The notes under the pieces: model-generated
The model's database searches: none
What the model saw: only the letters and a program-made list of their open reading frames with translations
What the model was told of the DNA's origin: nothing
Assembly (NCBI GenBank): GCA_903866355.1
Contig: CAIPNE010000181.1
Coordinates: forward strand, 1 to 33,707
Direction: 5' to 3'
Length of the DNA stretch: 33,707 bases
Source: an uncultured Gammaproteobacteria bacterium
GTDB lineage: Bacteria > Pseudomonadota > Gammaproteobacteria > Ga0077536
Program-made: the position numbers and the translations under genes
In this document: piece by piece, positions 8,960 through 17,759 of the stretch
Layout: each line of letters opens with the position of its first letter
How positions within the stretch are numbered: position 1 is the stretch's first letter

Positions 8960-9715
8960 GTGATGAGCGTCATGGACTTTGTTTGGGTGGCCTGTGCGGC
9001 GTTTGCCGCCGGCATGGTCAATGCCCTCGCCGGTGGCGGGACGCTCATCACCTTCCCGGTGCTGACTGCCATCGGTTTGCCCGCCGTGATGGCCAACGTC
9101 ACCAATGCGGTAGCGCTTTGTCCGGGTTATTTCGGCGGCGCTTGGGCGCAGCGGCGGGACTTGGCTGGGCAAAGTCGCCGCCTGTGGATACTGCTACCAC
9201 TGGGTGCACTGGGCGGGATGCTGGGCGCCTGGCTATTGCTGATCTCGGGCGAGCGGCTTTTTCGCTCGCTCGTGCCGTGGCTTATCCTGTTAGCGTCCGC
9301 GCTGCTAGCCGCGCAAGGACCGCTGCGCCGGTGGCTGATTGCCCGCGGTGGCCGGATCAGCAACTCACCCGGTACCGCCGCCATCCCCATTGGGATCGCG
9401 GCGGTCTATGGCGGCTACTTTGGCGCGGGTTTGGGGGTCGTGATGCTCGCCACGTTAGGGGTGACGCTAGAAGACACCCTCAACCGACTCAACGCGGTCA
9501 AGCAAGTGCTGTCTTGCGTGATCAACCTCTCCGCCGCGTTGTTCTTTCTAAACTCCAACCAAATACATTGGCCGGTGGCCGCCGTGATGGCCGTGGGCGC
9601 GCTCTTGGGCGGCAGCTTAGGGGGACGCTGGGCGCGGGTCATTGCACCGACACGACTGCGTTACTTGGTGGTGATTATCGGCGTGGGCGTGGGCATTTTT
9701 TATCTGCTGAAGTAG
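8960..9715 (+). CDS. TSUP (TauE/SafE) family membrane permease
   Basis: 251 aa and polytopic hydrophobic. The segments AAFAAGMVNALAGGGTLITFPVLTAIGLP and a repeated second-half motif YGGYFGAGLGVVM are typical of the family. The start could be GTG 8960 or ATG 8963. Confidence 0.85.
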   Translation: MMSVMDFVWVACAAFAAGMVNALAGGGTLITFPVLTAIGLPAVMANVTNAVALCPGYFGGAWAQRRDLAGQSRRLWILLPLGALGGMLGAWLLLISGERLFRSLVPWLILLASALLAAQGPLRRWLIARGGRISNSPGTAAIPIGIAAVYGGYFGAGLGVVMLATLGVTLEDTLNRLNAVKQVLSCVINLSAALFFLNSNQIHWPVAAVMAVGALLGGSLGGRWARVIAPTRLRYLVVIIGVGVGIFYLLK

Positions 9716-9808
9716 GCGCTCTAGCGTTCCACCCCGCTTGGTACAACGGCGCTCGGCTGAGTTTGCGCCGCGCGGCCGCCGCCACCCGACCTTGAAGACG
9801 TCAAACAA

Positions 9809-10597
9809 TTAGCCCCGCAAAGCGCCCGCCACATCCACTTGGGTGCGCAACACGTGTAGGTCTTCCAACGTGGGCCACGCCGTGGTTGGGACCTGCGCGG
9901 GGATCACCAACTCAAAGCCAGTTTGGGCTTGCACTTGCGCCAGGGTGACGCCCGGGTGCAACGACACCAGCCGCAGACGTTTTTCCTCCGGGGTAAAATC
10001 CATGATGCACAGCGGCGTAATGCAATATTTAGGACCGCCGCCCGGGAGTCCTAACTGGGTCCGCGCGTCCGCACCACCGTTACCCCATCCCACCGTGCTG
10101 ATGAAGTCACAGCGGGGTACAAAAATGCGCGGCGTGTGGGTGTTCAACACGATGTAATAGCGCCCCACATGGGTGGTGAGCGTGGGCGTGCCGACCGAAC
10201 CCGGGCCACGAAATTTTAGGCGCCGAAAATCCTGCCCCACGCCAATCAAGTTCGTATTGCCGTGAGGATCTACCTGCAAACCTCCCACGAAAAAAACACG
10301 CCGATGCCAATCCTTAACCTGATCAAAACGGTGGCCACGGTCGCTGAAGGATTCCGCCCAGCGCACCACTCGAGAATCCCAGCCAAAGGCGGGCATGGGC
10401 AGGTGATCGAGGTGATGAACATTCATCCGTGCGCCCAGAAAAATGAGCTCCATGTTAGGGCCATGCGTGAGCTGCGCGAGGCGCACCGCGGCCTCGGGAA
10501 TCGGCAGCGCAATACCGACTTGCAGTTCCTCGCCGTCGTTTAAATCGCGGGCCAGAAAACAGGCCAGAAGTTCAGCCGTAGAACAGCACGGGGTCAT
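9809..10597 (-). CDS. CoA-transferase-fold subunit B-like protein (IpdB-like), pair 2
   Basis: 262 aa. It carries GGLQVDPHGNTNLIGVG, HTPRIFVPRCDFISTVG and SLHPGVTLAQVQAQTGFEL, and has no (S)ENG motif. AGGGA sits 6 nt upstream of the ATG. It starts 9 nt after the stop of subunit A. Confidence 0.85.
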   Translation of the reverse strand: MTPCCSTAELLACFLARDLNDGEELQVGIALPIPEAAVRLAQLTHGPNMELIFLGARMNVHHLDHLPMPAFGWDSRVVRWAESFSDRGHRFDQVKDWHRRVFFVGGLQVDPHGNTNLIGVGQDFRRLKFRGPGSVGTPTLTTHVGRYYIVLNTHTPRIFVPRCDFISTVGWGNGGADARTQLGLPGGGPKYCITPLCIMDFTPEEKRLRLVSLHPGVTLAQVQAQTGFELVIPAQVPTTAWPTLEDLHVLRTQVDVAGALRG

Positions 10598-10606
10598 GGG
10601 GCGTCC

Positions 10607-11491
10607 CTAGTATTCGTGCAACGCGAGAAGACGCTTGAGGCCCACCCGCTCGAGATAATCCGCGTGGGTCGCGGGCTCATGGCAGTAACGGTTGAGGAAT
10701 TCCGCCAAGCCCGCGGGCTGGTCGCGCTCGGCAGCCGCCGTCGCCACTGCGAGGTAATCGGCGAGAAACGCACTGTCCTGCACATACCATCCTCGGCTGT
10801 ACCACGGATGTGCGCCCCACGGCAGCCGCACCACGGCGTCGGCACGCCCAATCGTGGTGGCCCAGGGCGCGGCACGAATAGCCTCGTTGGGCACTATTTT
10901 TTCGACCTGCACGATGCAGTGCGTGGCCGCACGTTGGAGAAAGAGGTCGATCCAGCCCGGGCCACCCTGATGCTGCACGTTGCCATAAACATCCGCCACG
11001 GAGGCATGGAGCAATGCCACATCGGGTTTTATCGCCGGCACCGCGAGCAGGGTTTCGCCGTTGATGGGGTCGCGAATGAGTTTTAAATCAGGATTTATCT
11101 CCGGCAACGAGGTGCCCACGCCGCCGCGCCAGGGCAGAAAGGGCAGGCCTTTGCCGGCCGCTTCGAGACCGCTGGTGAGGATACCTTCCTCACATTCCCA
11201 GACCTCGATTTCGCCGCGCTCTGCCGCCCGCCGAAAACACGGGGCCACCGGCACGCCAAAACCGCCGCCGGCATAGTAGCTGATGGTCTTGCGGACACAG
11301 CCGCCGGCAATGAGGAGATCGAGCGATAACCCACTCGCGATGACCGTGAGATCGCGCAACTGTTGGCGGATAACTTGCCGCACCAAAGCCATCGGCGTGG
11401 GCTCGCCAATGGCGATCGTCATGCCGTGGTCGAGCATCGCCACCGCCTGCGCTTCGGTGTGCAGACGCGAAGTGCGTACACCTGTGTTCAT
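10607..11491 (-). CDS. CoA-transferase-fold subunit A-like protein (IpdA-like), pair 2
   Basis: The ORF extends to GTG 11515. I prefer ATG 11491 (MNTGVRTSRL), but the start is uncertain. It has WECEEGILTSGLEAAGKGLPFLPWRGGVGTS, ALLHASVADVYGNVQH and ADAVVRLPWGAHP. Confidence 0.85.
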   Translation of the reverse strand: MNTGVRTSRLHTEAQAVAMLDHGMTIAIGEPTPMALVRQVIRQQLRDLTVIASGLSLDLLIAGGCVRKTISYYAGGGFGVPVAPCFRRAAERGEIEVWECEEGILTSGLEAAGKGLPFLPWRGGVGTSLPEINPDLKLIRDPINGETLLAVPAIKPDVALLHASVADVYGNVQHQGGPGWIDLFLQRAATHCIVQVEKIVPNEAIRAAPWATTIGRADAVVRLPWGAHPWYSRGWYVQDSAFLADYLAVATAAAERDQPAGLAEFLNRYCHEPATHADYLERVGLKRLLALHEY

Positions 11492-11591
11492 GGTTGCTCT
11501 GGGGTAGACTGGCACATACTGACTTTATGCCACGATCTGCCTCGCGTGGTAAGCCGCCGTTGCGCAGCCGCACCCGACAGGAAGCCCGCAC

Positions 11592-11891
11592 ATGACCATC
11601 CGCGTAATACTCGACATCCCCGCAAGCCCCGCCACCCGCGAGGCGGTGTTGGCCTGTTTGAAAGAGGCGCTACCCACTACCCGCGCCTACGCGGGCTGTG
11701 AAGCACTGGAACTCTTGGTCAATCAAGATGATCTTGGCAACGTGGTGGTCTACGAGCAATGGACGTCGCGTGCGCATTACGACGCCTATCGCGCCTTCCG
11801 CGCCGAAAGCGGATTTTCTGCCGCGTTCCGCGCCTTGTTTGCCGAGCCACCGATCGTGCGGGTGTTGGATACAGAACACGTCTACCCCTGA
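11592..11891 (+). CDS. Antibiotic-biosynthesis-monooxygenase (ABM) domain protein
   Basis: 99 aa. The pattern CEALELLVNQDDLGNVVVYEQWTSRAHYDAYRAF is the typical ABM ferredoxin-like pattern. AGGAAG lies 8 nt upstream of the ATG. Confidence 0.8.
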   Translation: MTIRVILDIPASPATREAVLACLKEALPTTRAYAGCEALELLVNQDDLGNVVVYEQWTSRAHYDAYRAFRAESGFSAAFRALFAEPPIVRVLDTEHVYP

Positions 11892-12000
11892 GTAGAACCT
11901 AGACCACCTTGCCCCGCCACGTGCCGATGCCTCGTTGCGCGCCCCCAACCCCCGGCACCGAGCACGCGGCGCTCCCGATCGCTAGCGCCCTCTGGCCGTC

Positions 12001-13221
12001 ATGACAGCCAGCGACACCGAGATCCTCCACAGCTTCGACCTGCGGCAATTGCCGGCGTCCTTCTATGCCAACCCGTACCCCACTTACCACGCGCTGCGCC
12101 GCGTGGCGCCGGTGCTACGCGGCCCCGATGGTAGTTATTTTCTGACCCGGCACGCGGATCTAGACCGCGTCTATCGTGACCCTCGCAGCTTTAGTTCCGA
12201 CAAACAGCGCCAATTTAAGCCGGTGTTCGGTGACAGCCCGCTGTTTGAGCACCACACCACCAGCCTCGTCTTCAACGACCCGCCGCTCCACACGCAGGTA
12301 CGCAAAGCCGTGGGTGATGCCCTGTCGCCACGCGCAGTGGCCGCGATGGCGCCGGCCTTAGAAGCCTTGGTCGAGGGCTTGCTAGACAACCTACCGACGC
12401 AGGGCACCTTCGACCTCATAGAGGCGTTTGCCGCCGTTATTCCGGTGGAAGTTATCGGTAATTTACTGCGCGTGCCGCCGGCCGAACGTGGGCCGCTGCG
12501 GGGTTGGTCGGCCGCCATTCTGGGCGCGTTAGAATTTGGCCTGGATGCGGCGGGCCTCGCGCGCGGTAATCGGGCGGTGACCGAATTTGTGGACTATCTG
12601 CGCGAGCTCATTAGCGAACGGCGGAAAAATCCGTCCAGCGCACACGACGATGTGCTGAGCCGTCTCATTCAATGGGAATCCAACGGCGAAAGACTCTCCG
12701 AACACCAGCTCTATCACCAGTGCATTTTTCTGCTGAATGCAGGTCACGAAACCACCACCAACCTCATTGGCAACAGCGTCCACGCGCTGCTGGATCAGCC
12801 CGCCGCGCGCGCCGAGTTGATGGCTAATCCGGCGCTGATAGATGCCGCCATCGAGGAGTTCCTGCGCTACGATGCGCCCGTGCAACTGGGCAACCGGCTG
12901 GCACAAGTGGATGTCACGCTGGGGGGAGTAGAAATTCCGGCTGGTAGCACGCTGACGCTCTGCATCGGGGCCGCCAACCGCGACCCCGCGGTGTTCGCCG
13001 ATCCAGATCGCTTGTGGCTAGCCCGTACACCCAACCCGCAGCTGGCCTTCGGCGGTGGCATTCACACCTGCGCGGGCCTGCATGTGGCGCGCTTGGAAGC
13101 TAAAATTGGGATTGCTAGATTGCTCGTCCGCCGGCCACGGCTGGCGCTAGCCGGCCCAGCCACCCGCGCGCAGCGTGCGCGCTTTCGCGGTTTTACCCAG
13201 CTACCGGTCAGCGTCGACTAG
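12001..13221 (+). CDS. Cytochrome P450
   Basis: 406 aa. It has the I-helix AGHETTT, the ExxR motif EEFLRY and the heme-thiolate loop FGGGIHTCAGLHVARLE. Confidence 0.95.
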   Translation: MTASDTEILHSFDLRQLPASFYANPYPTYHALRRVAPVLRGPDGSYFLTRHADLDRVYRDPRSFSSDKQRQFKPVFGDSPLFEHHTTSLVFNDPPLHTQVRKAVGDALSPRAVAAMAPALEALVEGLLDNLPTQGTFDLIEAFAAVIPVEVIGNLLRVPPAERGPLRGWSAAILGALEFGLDAAGLARGNRAVTEFVDYLRELISERRKNPSSAHDDVLSRLIQWESNGERLSEHQLYHQCIFLLNAGHETTTNLIGNSVHALLDQPAARAELMANPALIDAAIEEFLRYDAPVQLGNRLAQVDVTLGGVEIPAGSTLTLCIGAANRDPAVFADPDRLWLARTPNPQLAFGGGIHTCAGLHVARLEAKIGIARLLVRRPRLALAGPATRAQRARFRGFTQLPVSVD

Positions 13222-13275
13222 GGGCGCTGACAACAAATTATTTTATTAATGTATTAGCAACGAAGGAACGAGTCT

Positions 13276-14895
13276 GTGTCCGATTTTCAGTTGAATTTGA
13301 AACGCTTGATCGAGCGTCCCGAGCGCTACTTTCCCCGCAACGAAATTGTCTCTCGGCAAGACGATGGCTCGCTGTTTCGCTATACCTATCGCGAGTACTG
13401 CGCGCGCGTACGCCGCTTGGCCAGCGCCTTGGGGCGGTTGGGCCTAAAGCATGGCGAACGCGTGGCCACGTTGAGCTGGAACACCCACCAGCATCTAGAG
13501 TTGTATTTCGCCGTGCCGTGCAGTGGTCGGGTCTTGCACACGGCTAATCTGCGCTTGTCTGATGAACATCTCGCCTATTCGATGAATCACGTTGAAGACG
13601 TGGCCGTTTTTTTCTCGCCCGATCTGCTGGGTCAACTAGAAACCATCGCCCCGCTGCTCAAGCACGTACGGGCGTACGTCATGCTGGCGGACCAAGTGCC
13701 CACGGATTCCACCCTCAGCCCGCTGTATGCGTACGAAGACCTAATCGCCGGCGGTGATCCCGGTTTCGAATACCCGGAAATAGACGAAAACGCGCCCGCC
13801 TCCATCTGCTTTACCTCCGCCACCACCGGCAACCCCAAAGGCGTCGCCTATACGCATCGCGGGCTTTATCTGCATTCGCAGGTGATTTGTAACGTCGATA
13901 CGATGGCGGTGTCGGAAAAAGACACCCTGTTGCCCATCGCGCCCATGTTCCATGTGAACTCTTGGGGCGTACCGTTTGCCGGGGTCTGGATGGGTTCAAA
14001 ATTCGTCTTTCCGGGCCAGCGGCCACACGCAGCCGATCTGCTGCAACTGGTTCAAGACGAGCGCGTAACGTTCACCTTTGGCGCAGTGACCGTGGGCATC
14101 GACCTGATGACGTTATTGACAACTCAGCCCTACGACATCTCCAGTCTGCGGGCACTGATGTTGGGCGGTTCGGCCACCCCGCCGGCCGTGATGAAGTTCT
14201 TCCAGGAACAGCATCACGTGCCAATTTTTACCGCGTGGGGCTCTACCGAATGCGCCCCCATCGCCACAGCGGTGTGCATCAAGCGCGACCAGACCGATCT
14301 GGATCTCGACGGCGAGATTGCGATTCGCGCGCGCCAAGGCATTCCCGTGCCCGGGGTCGATCTGTGCGTGCTCGACGATGAAGGCCGACAGATTCCGTGG
14401 GATGACCGGGCGATAGGCGAAGTGCGGGTGCGCGGCCCCTGGATCGCCACCACTTATATCGATGAGCCGCGTAGCCGGGAAAGTTTTATCGAGGGCTGGT
14501 GGTGCAGTGGCGATATTGCGAGCGTGAATGAAGACGGCGTGATGAAACTCGTGGACCGCGCCAAGGACTTGATCAAATCCGGTGGCGAGTGGATTTCATC
14601 GGTCGATCTGGAAAATACGCTCATCGCCCATCCGGCCGTGCGCGAAGCCATGGTGGTCGGACGTCCGCACGTTAAATGGATCGAGCGACCCATCGCTTTC
14701 TTGGTTGGCGATCCGTCCGTGCCCCGCCCCAGCGCCGCGGCGCTAGGCGCACACCTGAGTGAAAACGGGATCGCCAAATGGTGGCTGCCGGATGAATTCA
14801 TCTTTCTGGACGCGCTCCCCAAGACTGGCGTCGGCAAGTTCGACAAGAAATTAATGCGCGAGAAAATGGACGAGTACCTAGCGAAAGCGTGCTGA
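13276..14895 (+). CDS. AMP-dependent acyl-CoA synthetase (fatty-acid/medium-long-chain CoA ligase)
   Basis: 539 aa with a GTG start, preceded by AAGGAA 7 nt upstream. It has the AMP-binding motif FTSATTGNPKGVAY and the C-terminal segments DRAKDLIKSGGEWISS and LPKTGVGKFDKK. An AT-rich 54-bp spacer lies upstream. Confidence 0.9.
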   Translation: MSDFQLNLKRLIERPERYFPRNEIVSRQDDGSLFRYTYREYCARVRRLASALGRLGLKHGERVATLSWNTHQHLELYFAVPCSGRVLHTANLRLSDEHLAYSMNHVEDVAVFFSPDLLGQLETIAPLLKHVRAYVMLADQVPTDSTLSPLYAYEDLIAGGDPGFEYPEIDENAPASICFTSATTGNPKGVAYTHRGLYLHSQVICNVDTMAVSEKDTLLPIAPMFHVNSWGVPFAGVWMGSKFVFPGQRPHAADLLQLVQDERVTFTFGAVTVGIDLMTLLTTQPYDISSLRALMLGGSATPPAVMKFFQEQHHVPIFTAWGSTECAPIATAVCIKRDQTDLDLDGEIAIRARQGIPVPGVDLCVLDDEGRQIPWDDRAIGEVRVRGPWIATTYIDEPRSRESFIEGWWCSGDIASVNEDGVMKLVDRAKDLIKSGGEWISSVDLENTLIAHPAVREAMVVGRPHVKWIERPIAFLVGDPSVPRPSAAALGAHLSENGIAKWWLPDEFIFLDALPKTGVGKFDKKLMREKMDEYLAKAC

Positions 14896-14967
14896 AAAAA
14901 CCACCGCGGATAGCGGTGTCACCGCTACCCGCGCTAAACACACCGACTTAAAAGAGGAGCAACCCGT

Positions 14968-15765
14968 ATGCGTCAATCCATTGGTAGATGGGCCGCCGCC
15001 AGCACCGCGCTGTGGCTAAGCTGCGCCGCACAGGCACAGGGATCGCTAGCAGACGCATACGCCATCATCGCCAGCAAAAAGTTTGTTGACCTGACCGAAG
15101 CGTTTAGTCCCACCACCCCGGTGTGGAAAGGCTTTGGTCAAGCAACCCTGTCGGCGGCGTCCGATCCCGTGACCCACCAACCCTATACCATCGAGAAGGA
15201 TGGTTTTCGCACCACGTTCTATTCGATGGTGGGCCAGTACGGCACGCACATCGATCCACCGGCGCATTTCGATCTGAAGGGCGCCACGCTCGATCAGATC
15301 CCGCTGAAGGAAATGATCCTGCCCTTGGTGGTCTTCGATGCCACCCCGCTACTGGCGAAGGATCCCAATCACGCGCTGAACGTGGCAGATATCAACGCGT
15401 GGGAAAAAAGCCACGGCCCCATACCCAAAGGCGCGTTCGCGGCGCTACGCACGGATATGTCCAAGGATTGGACCGCCAACCCCGAACGTTTCAAGCGTTA
15501 CCCGTTCCCCGCTTGGTCGCTCGAGGCTATCCGGTTCTTATTCGAGCAGCGTGGTGTGACGGCCATTGGCCACGAGGCGCTGGATACCGACATCAAAGAA
15601 ACGCTGGCTTCCGAAGCTTGGCTTCTTAAGCAGGGCCATTGGCAAATCGAGGTGATGGCTAATTTGGATCAGGTGCCCGCCACCGGTGCGGTCATCGTGA
15701 TGACTTGGCCAAAAGTTGAAAACGGCTTTGGCTTCCCGGCCCGGGCCTTCGCGATGCTGCCTTAG
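14968..15765 (+). CDS. Cyclase-family (kynurenine-formamidase-like) metal hydrolase with Sec signal peptide
   Basis: 265 aa. The signal peptide is MRQSIGRWAAASTALWLSCAAQAQG. The metal-binding motif GQYGTHIDPPAHF is present. AGAGGAG serves as the RBS. Confidence 0.82.
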   Translation: MRQSIGRWAAASTALWLSCAAQAQGSLADAYAIIASKKFVDLTEAFSPTTPVWKGFGQATLSAASDPVTHQPYTIEKDGFRTTFYSMVGQYGTHIDPPAHFDLKGATLDQIPLKEMILPLVVFDATPLLAKDPNHALNVADINAWEKSHGPIPKGAFAALRTDMSKDWTANPERFKRYPFPAWSLEAIRFLFEQRGVTAIGHEALDTDIKETLASEAWLLKQGHWQIEVMANLDQVPATGAVIVMTWPKVENGFGFPARAFAMLP

Positions 15766-15771
15766 CCTAGA

Positions 15772-15800
15772 GGGACGCGGCGCCGCCACCGCCGCGTCCT
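15772..15800. terminator. GC-rich hairpin between convergent genes (possible bidirectional terminator, no U-tract)
   Basis: GGACGCGGCG-ccgccac-CGCCGCGTCC forms a perfect 10-bp stem. It lies between stops at 15765 (+) and 15811 (-). Confidence 0.4.
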
Positions 15801-15810
15801 GCCGCAAGGT

Positions 15811-16881
15811 CTACCGGAACGCCGGCATGATCTCGTTGGCAAATTGGTCAATGGTGGCGTCTGCATCTAGGATTGGCTGTACCGCCACCTGATGCACGCC
15901 GGCCGCCTGCATCTGCCGGATGGACTCGATAATTTCTTCCTTCGTGCCAACTAGCGTAGTCGCGCGCATGATTTTCTCGGTCATTAGCGCTTCATGTTCT
16001 GGTCGCAGTTTCTGCAAATAGCCGCTGTAGAGCTTCAGATGACGCGTTTCAATGGGTGACTCGGGATCTTTGTACACATTGTTGAACGCCATAATTTCAT
16101 CGCGTAGGTCGGCGGGCAGCAGGTCCGGATCGTGGTGGGTGGAGAGCGCAAAAATATTGCTGCTGGAGGCCACCATGGGGCCCACCGCCTCGCGCACGGC
16201 GCGGGTTTCAATGTCCTTCGCGTTTTGCGTGAGATAGAACGCCGTCATCGACAAAATGTAGATGGACTCGGGATCACGGCCGGCCCGGCGCGCGCCTTCT
16301 TTCACGTTGTCCACCATCCACTTCACGATGGAGGGATGAACGGCGCCGAAAAGAATCACCCCATCGGCAATCTCACCCGCCATCTGGGCCACTTTTGGCC
16401 CGCTCGCGGCGATGTAAATCGGGATGTGGTCTTTAATATTGATGTAACCCATGTCTGGGTTAAGAAATTTGATCTTGCGGTGGCGCGAACCTTCCGAGTA
16501 ATCCGTGACTTCATCCTTGAACAGCCCTTGGCAGACCTCGATGTGCTCGCGGAGTTCCTCTAACTTGGCCGCCGGCATGCCCAGCGTCCGGCGCGTGGTG
16601 TTACCGGTACCAATGCCGAGTACGGCGCGACCCGGTGCAATTTGATTGATGGTCGCCATACCACAGGCGGTTAGCGGCGCAATACGCGACTTCGGGTTGG
16701 TGACGCCCGGCCCGAGAATGATTTTGTTAGTGCCCGCCGCACACAGCGCTAATGAAGCATAGACCTCACTGCCCAGCATCTGGGTGTCATAAAGCCAGCC
16801 GTGCGAATAGCCACGGTCTTCTGCGTGTTTTACTTGCGGCGTGACCTGACACGAACCCATGAAAACAAAACCAAAATCCAT
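15811..16881 (-). CDS. LLM-class (luciferase-like) flavin/F420-dependent oxidoreductase
   Basis: The ORF is 15811..17040. The start MDFGFVFMG at 16881 is preceded by GGAGAG. The sequence AEDRGYSHGWLYDTQMLGSEVYASLALCAA...GPGVTNP...GIGTGN fits a TIM-barrel LLM pattern. GC is lower than the flanks: one hand-counted 60-nt line gave about 50%. Confidence 0.85.
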   Translation of the reverse strand: MDFGFVFMGSCQVTPQVKHAEDRGYSHGWLYDTQMLGSEVYASLALCAAGTNKIILGPGVTNPKSRIAPLTACGMATINQIAPGRAVLGIGTGNTTRRTLGMPAAKLEELREHIEVCQGLFKDEVTDYSEGSRHRKIKFLNPDMGYINIKDHIPIYIAASGPKVAQMAGEIADGVILFGAVHPSIVKWMVDNVKEGARRAGRDPESIYILSMTAFYLTQNAKDIETRAVREAVGPMVASSSNIFALSTHHDPDLLPADLRDEIMAFNNVYKDPESPIETRHLKLYSGYLQKLRPEHEALMTEKIMRATTLVGTKEEIIESIRQMQAAGVHQVAVQPILDADATIDQFANEIMPAFR

Positions 16882-17077
16882 CACACACTCTCCGGGTTTA
16901 ATAATGTCGAATAGCTTAGGTAATTTCTCAGAATTGTCGTGGATGTTTTTGGCCGACACAACCGTTTCATCCCGCGCGGGGTGGCCAAACGCGGCCCACG
17001 CAACCACCATTCTGAGGTTCTTTGGGGTGCCCCCGTGCAAAGGGAACCCATTGACGACAACGATTTAAAACAAAACG

Positions 17078-17698
17078 CTAACGCTTCTCACAGGCAAAAG
17101 TGGTAAAGCACCAATCACTGTCAATGACGTGTATTTTTGCAAAACCAATCGTTTTAAACGCATCTAAATAATATTGAACATCATTGATGAACATGATGTT
17201 AGCCACGCTGGCCTGCTTTTGCTTTATCTCTTCCTCTGACACGCCGCGCGCTCGTTTGTAGTCGTGGTAGAAATTAATGGCCAGCGGATCAAGTGAAGTC
17301 TTCTCACTAATGACGGCAATGCCACCCGGCGCGAGGTTATCAAAGATAGACTGCAAATAAGTTGCTTTATCTCTGATGAAATGGAGAGTCCAGTTAATCA
17401 ACACCACATTGTAGGGACCGGCCGGCAGTTGGTCGCTACAGGTTAGCGTGGCGATGTTGGGCGGGCACTTATCGAGCATAACCTGGCTGTTATCCACCCC
17501 GTGCAAATTAACAAAGCCATTTTCATGCAGGCGAATCAGGGTTTCGCCAACCGCGCAACCGACATCAATTATTTTCGCCGACTCACCATACAGTTTGCAT
17601 ATCTCAACTGATTTTTTGATCACGTTTTCATAGTTTGGAATATGCTGCCTTGCATGCGCTGCAAATGTCTTTGCAACGTTTTCGTCGAACTCCCACAT
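17078..17698 (-). CDS. CmoA-family class I SAM-dependent methyltransferase-fold protein (orphan, low GC)
   Basis: The ORF is 17078..17725. The start MWEFDENVAKTF at 17698 is preceded by GGAGAG 7 nt upstream. A by-eye alignment to E. coli CmoA as I remember it gives these matches: WEFDENVAKTF..IPNYENVI, IIDVGCAVGE, VDNSQVMLDKC, VLINWTLHFI, LAPGGIAVISEK, YHDYKRARGVSEEEIKQKQASVANIM. Two hand-counted 60-nt lines gave about 37% GC, against about 62% in the adjacent ABC gene. Confidence 0.85.
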   Translation of the reverse strand: MWEFDENVAKTFAAHARQHIPNYENVIKKSVEICKLYGESAKIIDVGCAVGETLIRLHENGFVNLHGVDNSQVMLDKCPPNIATLTCSDQLPAGPYNVVLINWTLHFIRDKATYLQSIFDNLAPGGIAVISEKTSLDPLAINFYHDYKRARGVSEEEIKQKQASVANIMFINDVQYYLDAFKTIGFAKIHVIDSDWCFTTFACEKR

Positions 17699-17759
17699 AG
17701 TCTTCTCTCCACTTATTGACAGCAACGGTAGACGGAAACCTAGTCGCTGATAAAACCCT

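Noticed and set aside
8983-9795. Long alternative-frame and antisense ORFs. Examples: 8983..9795 (270 aa), 25001..25627, 32049..32561, 32221..32787, 395..763, 2059..2529, 12529..12906.
   Set aside because: They lie entirely inside better-supported genes. Their products are Arg/Ala/Pro/Gly-rich with no recognisable motifs, which is the typical open-frame artefact of high-GC DNA.
11509-11526. A sigma-54-like TGGCAC element upstream of the ABM gene.
   Set aside because: The -12 element is absent. TGGCAC-atact-GACT does not give the TTGC expected 5 nt downstream.
13222-13275. An AT-rich spacer with a CTGACA ... TGTATT/TATTAG promoter-like pattern upstream of the acyl-CoA synthetase.
   Set aside because: The -35 and -10 matches are weak and their spacing is ambiguous. 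An internal promoter is plausible here, but the sequence alone does not support calling it as a feature.
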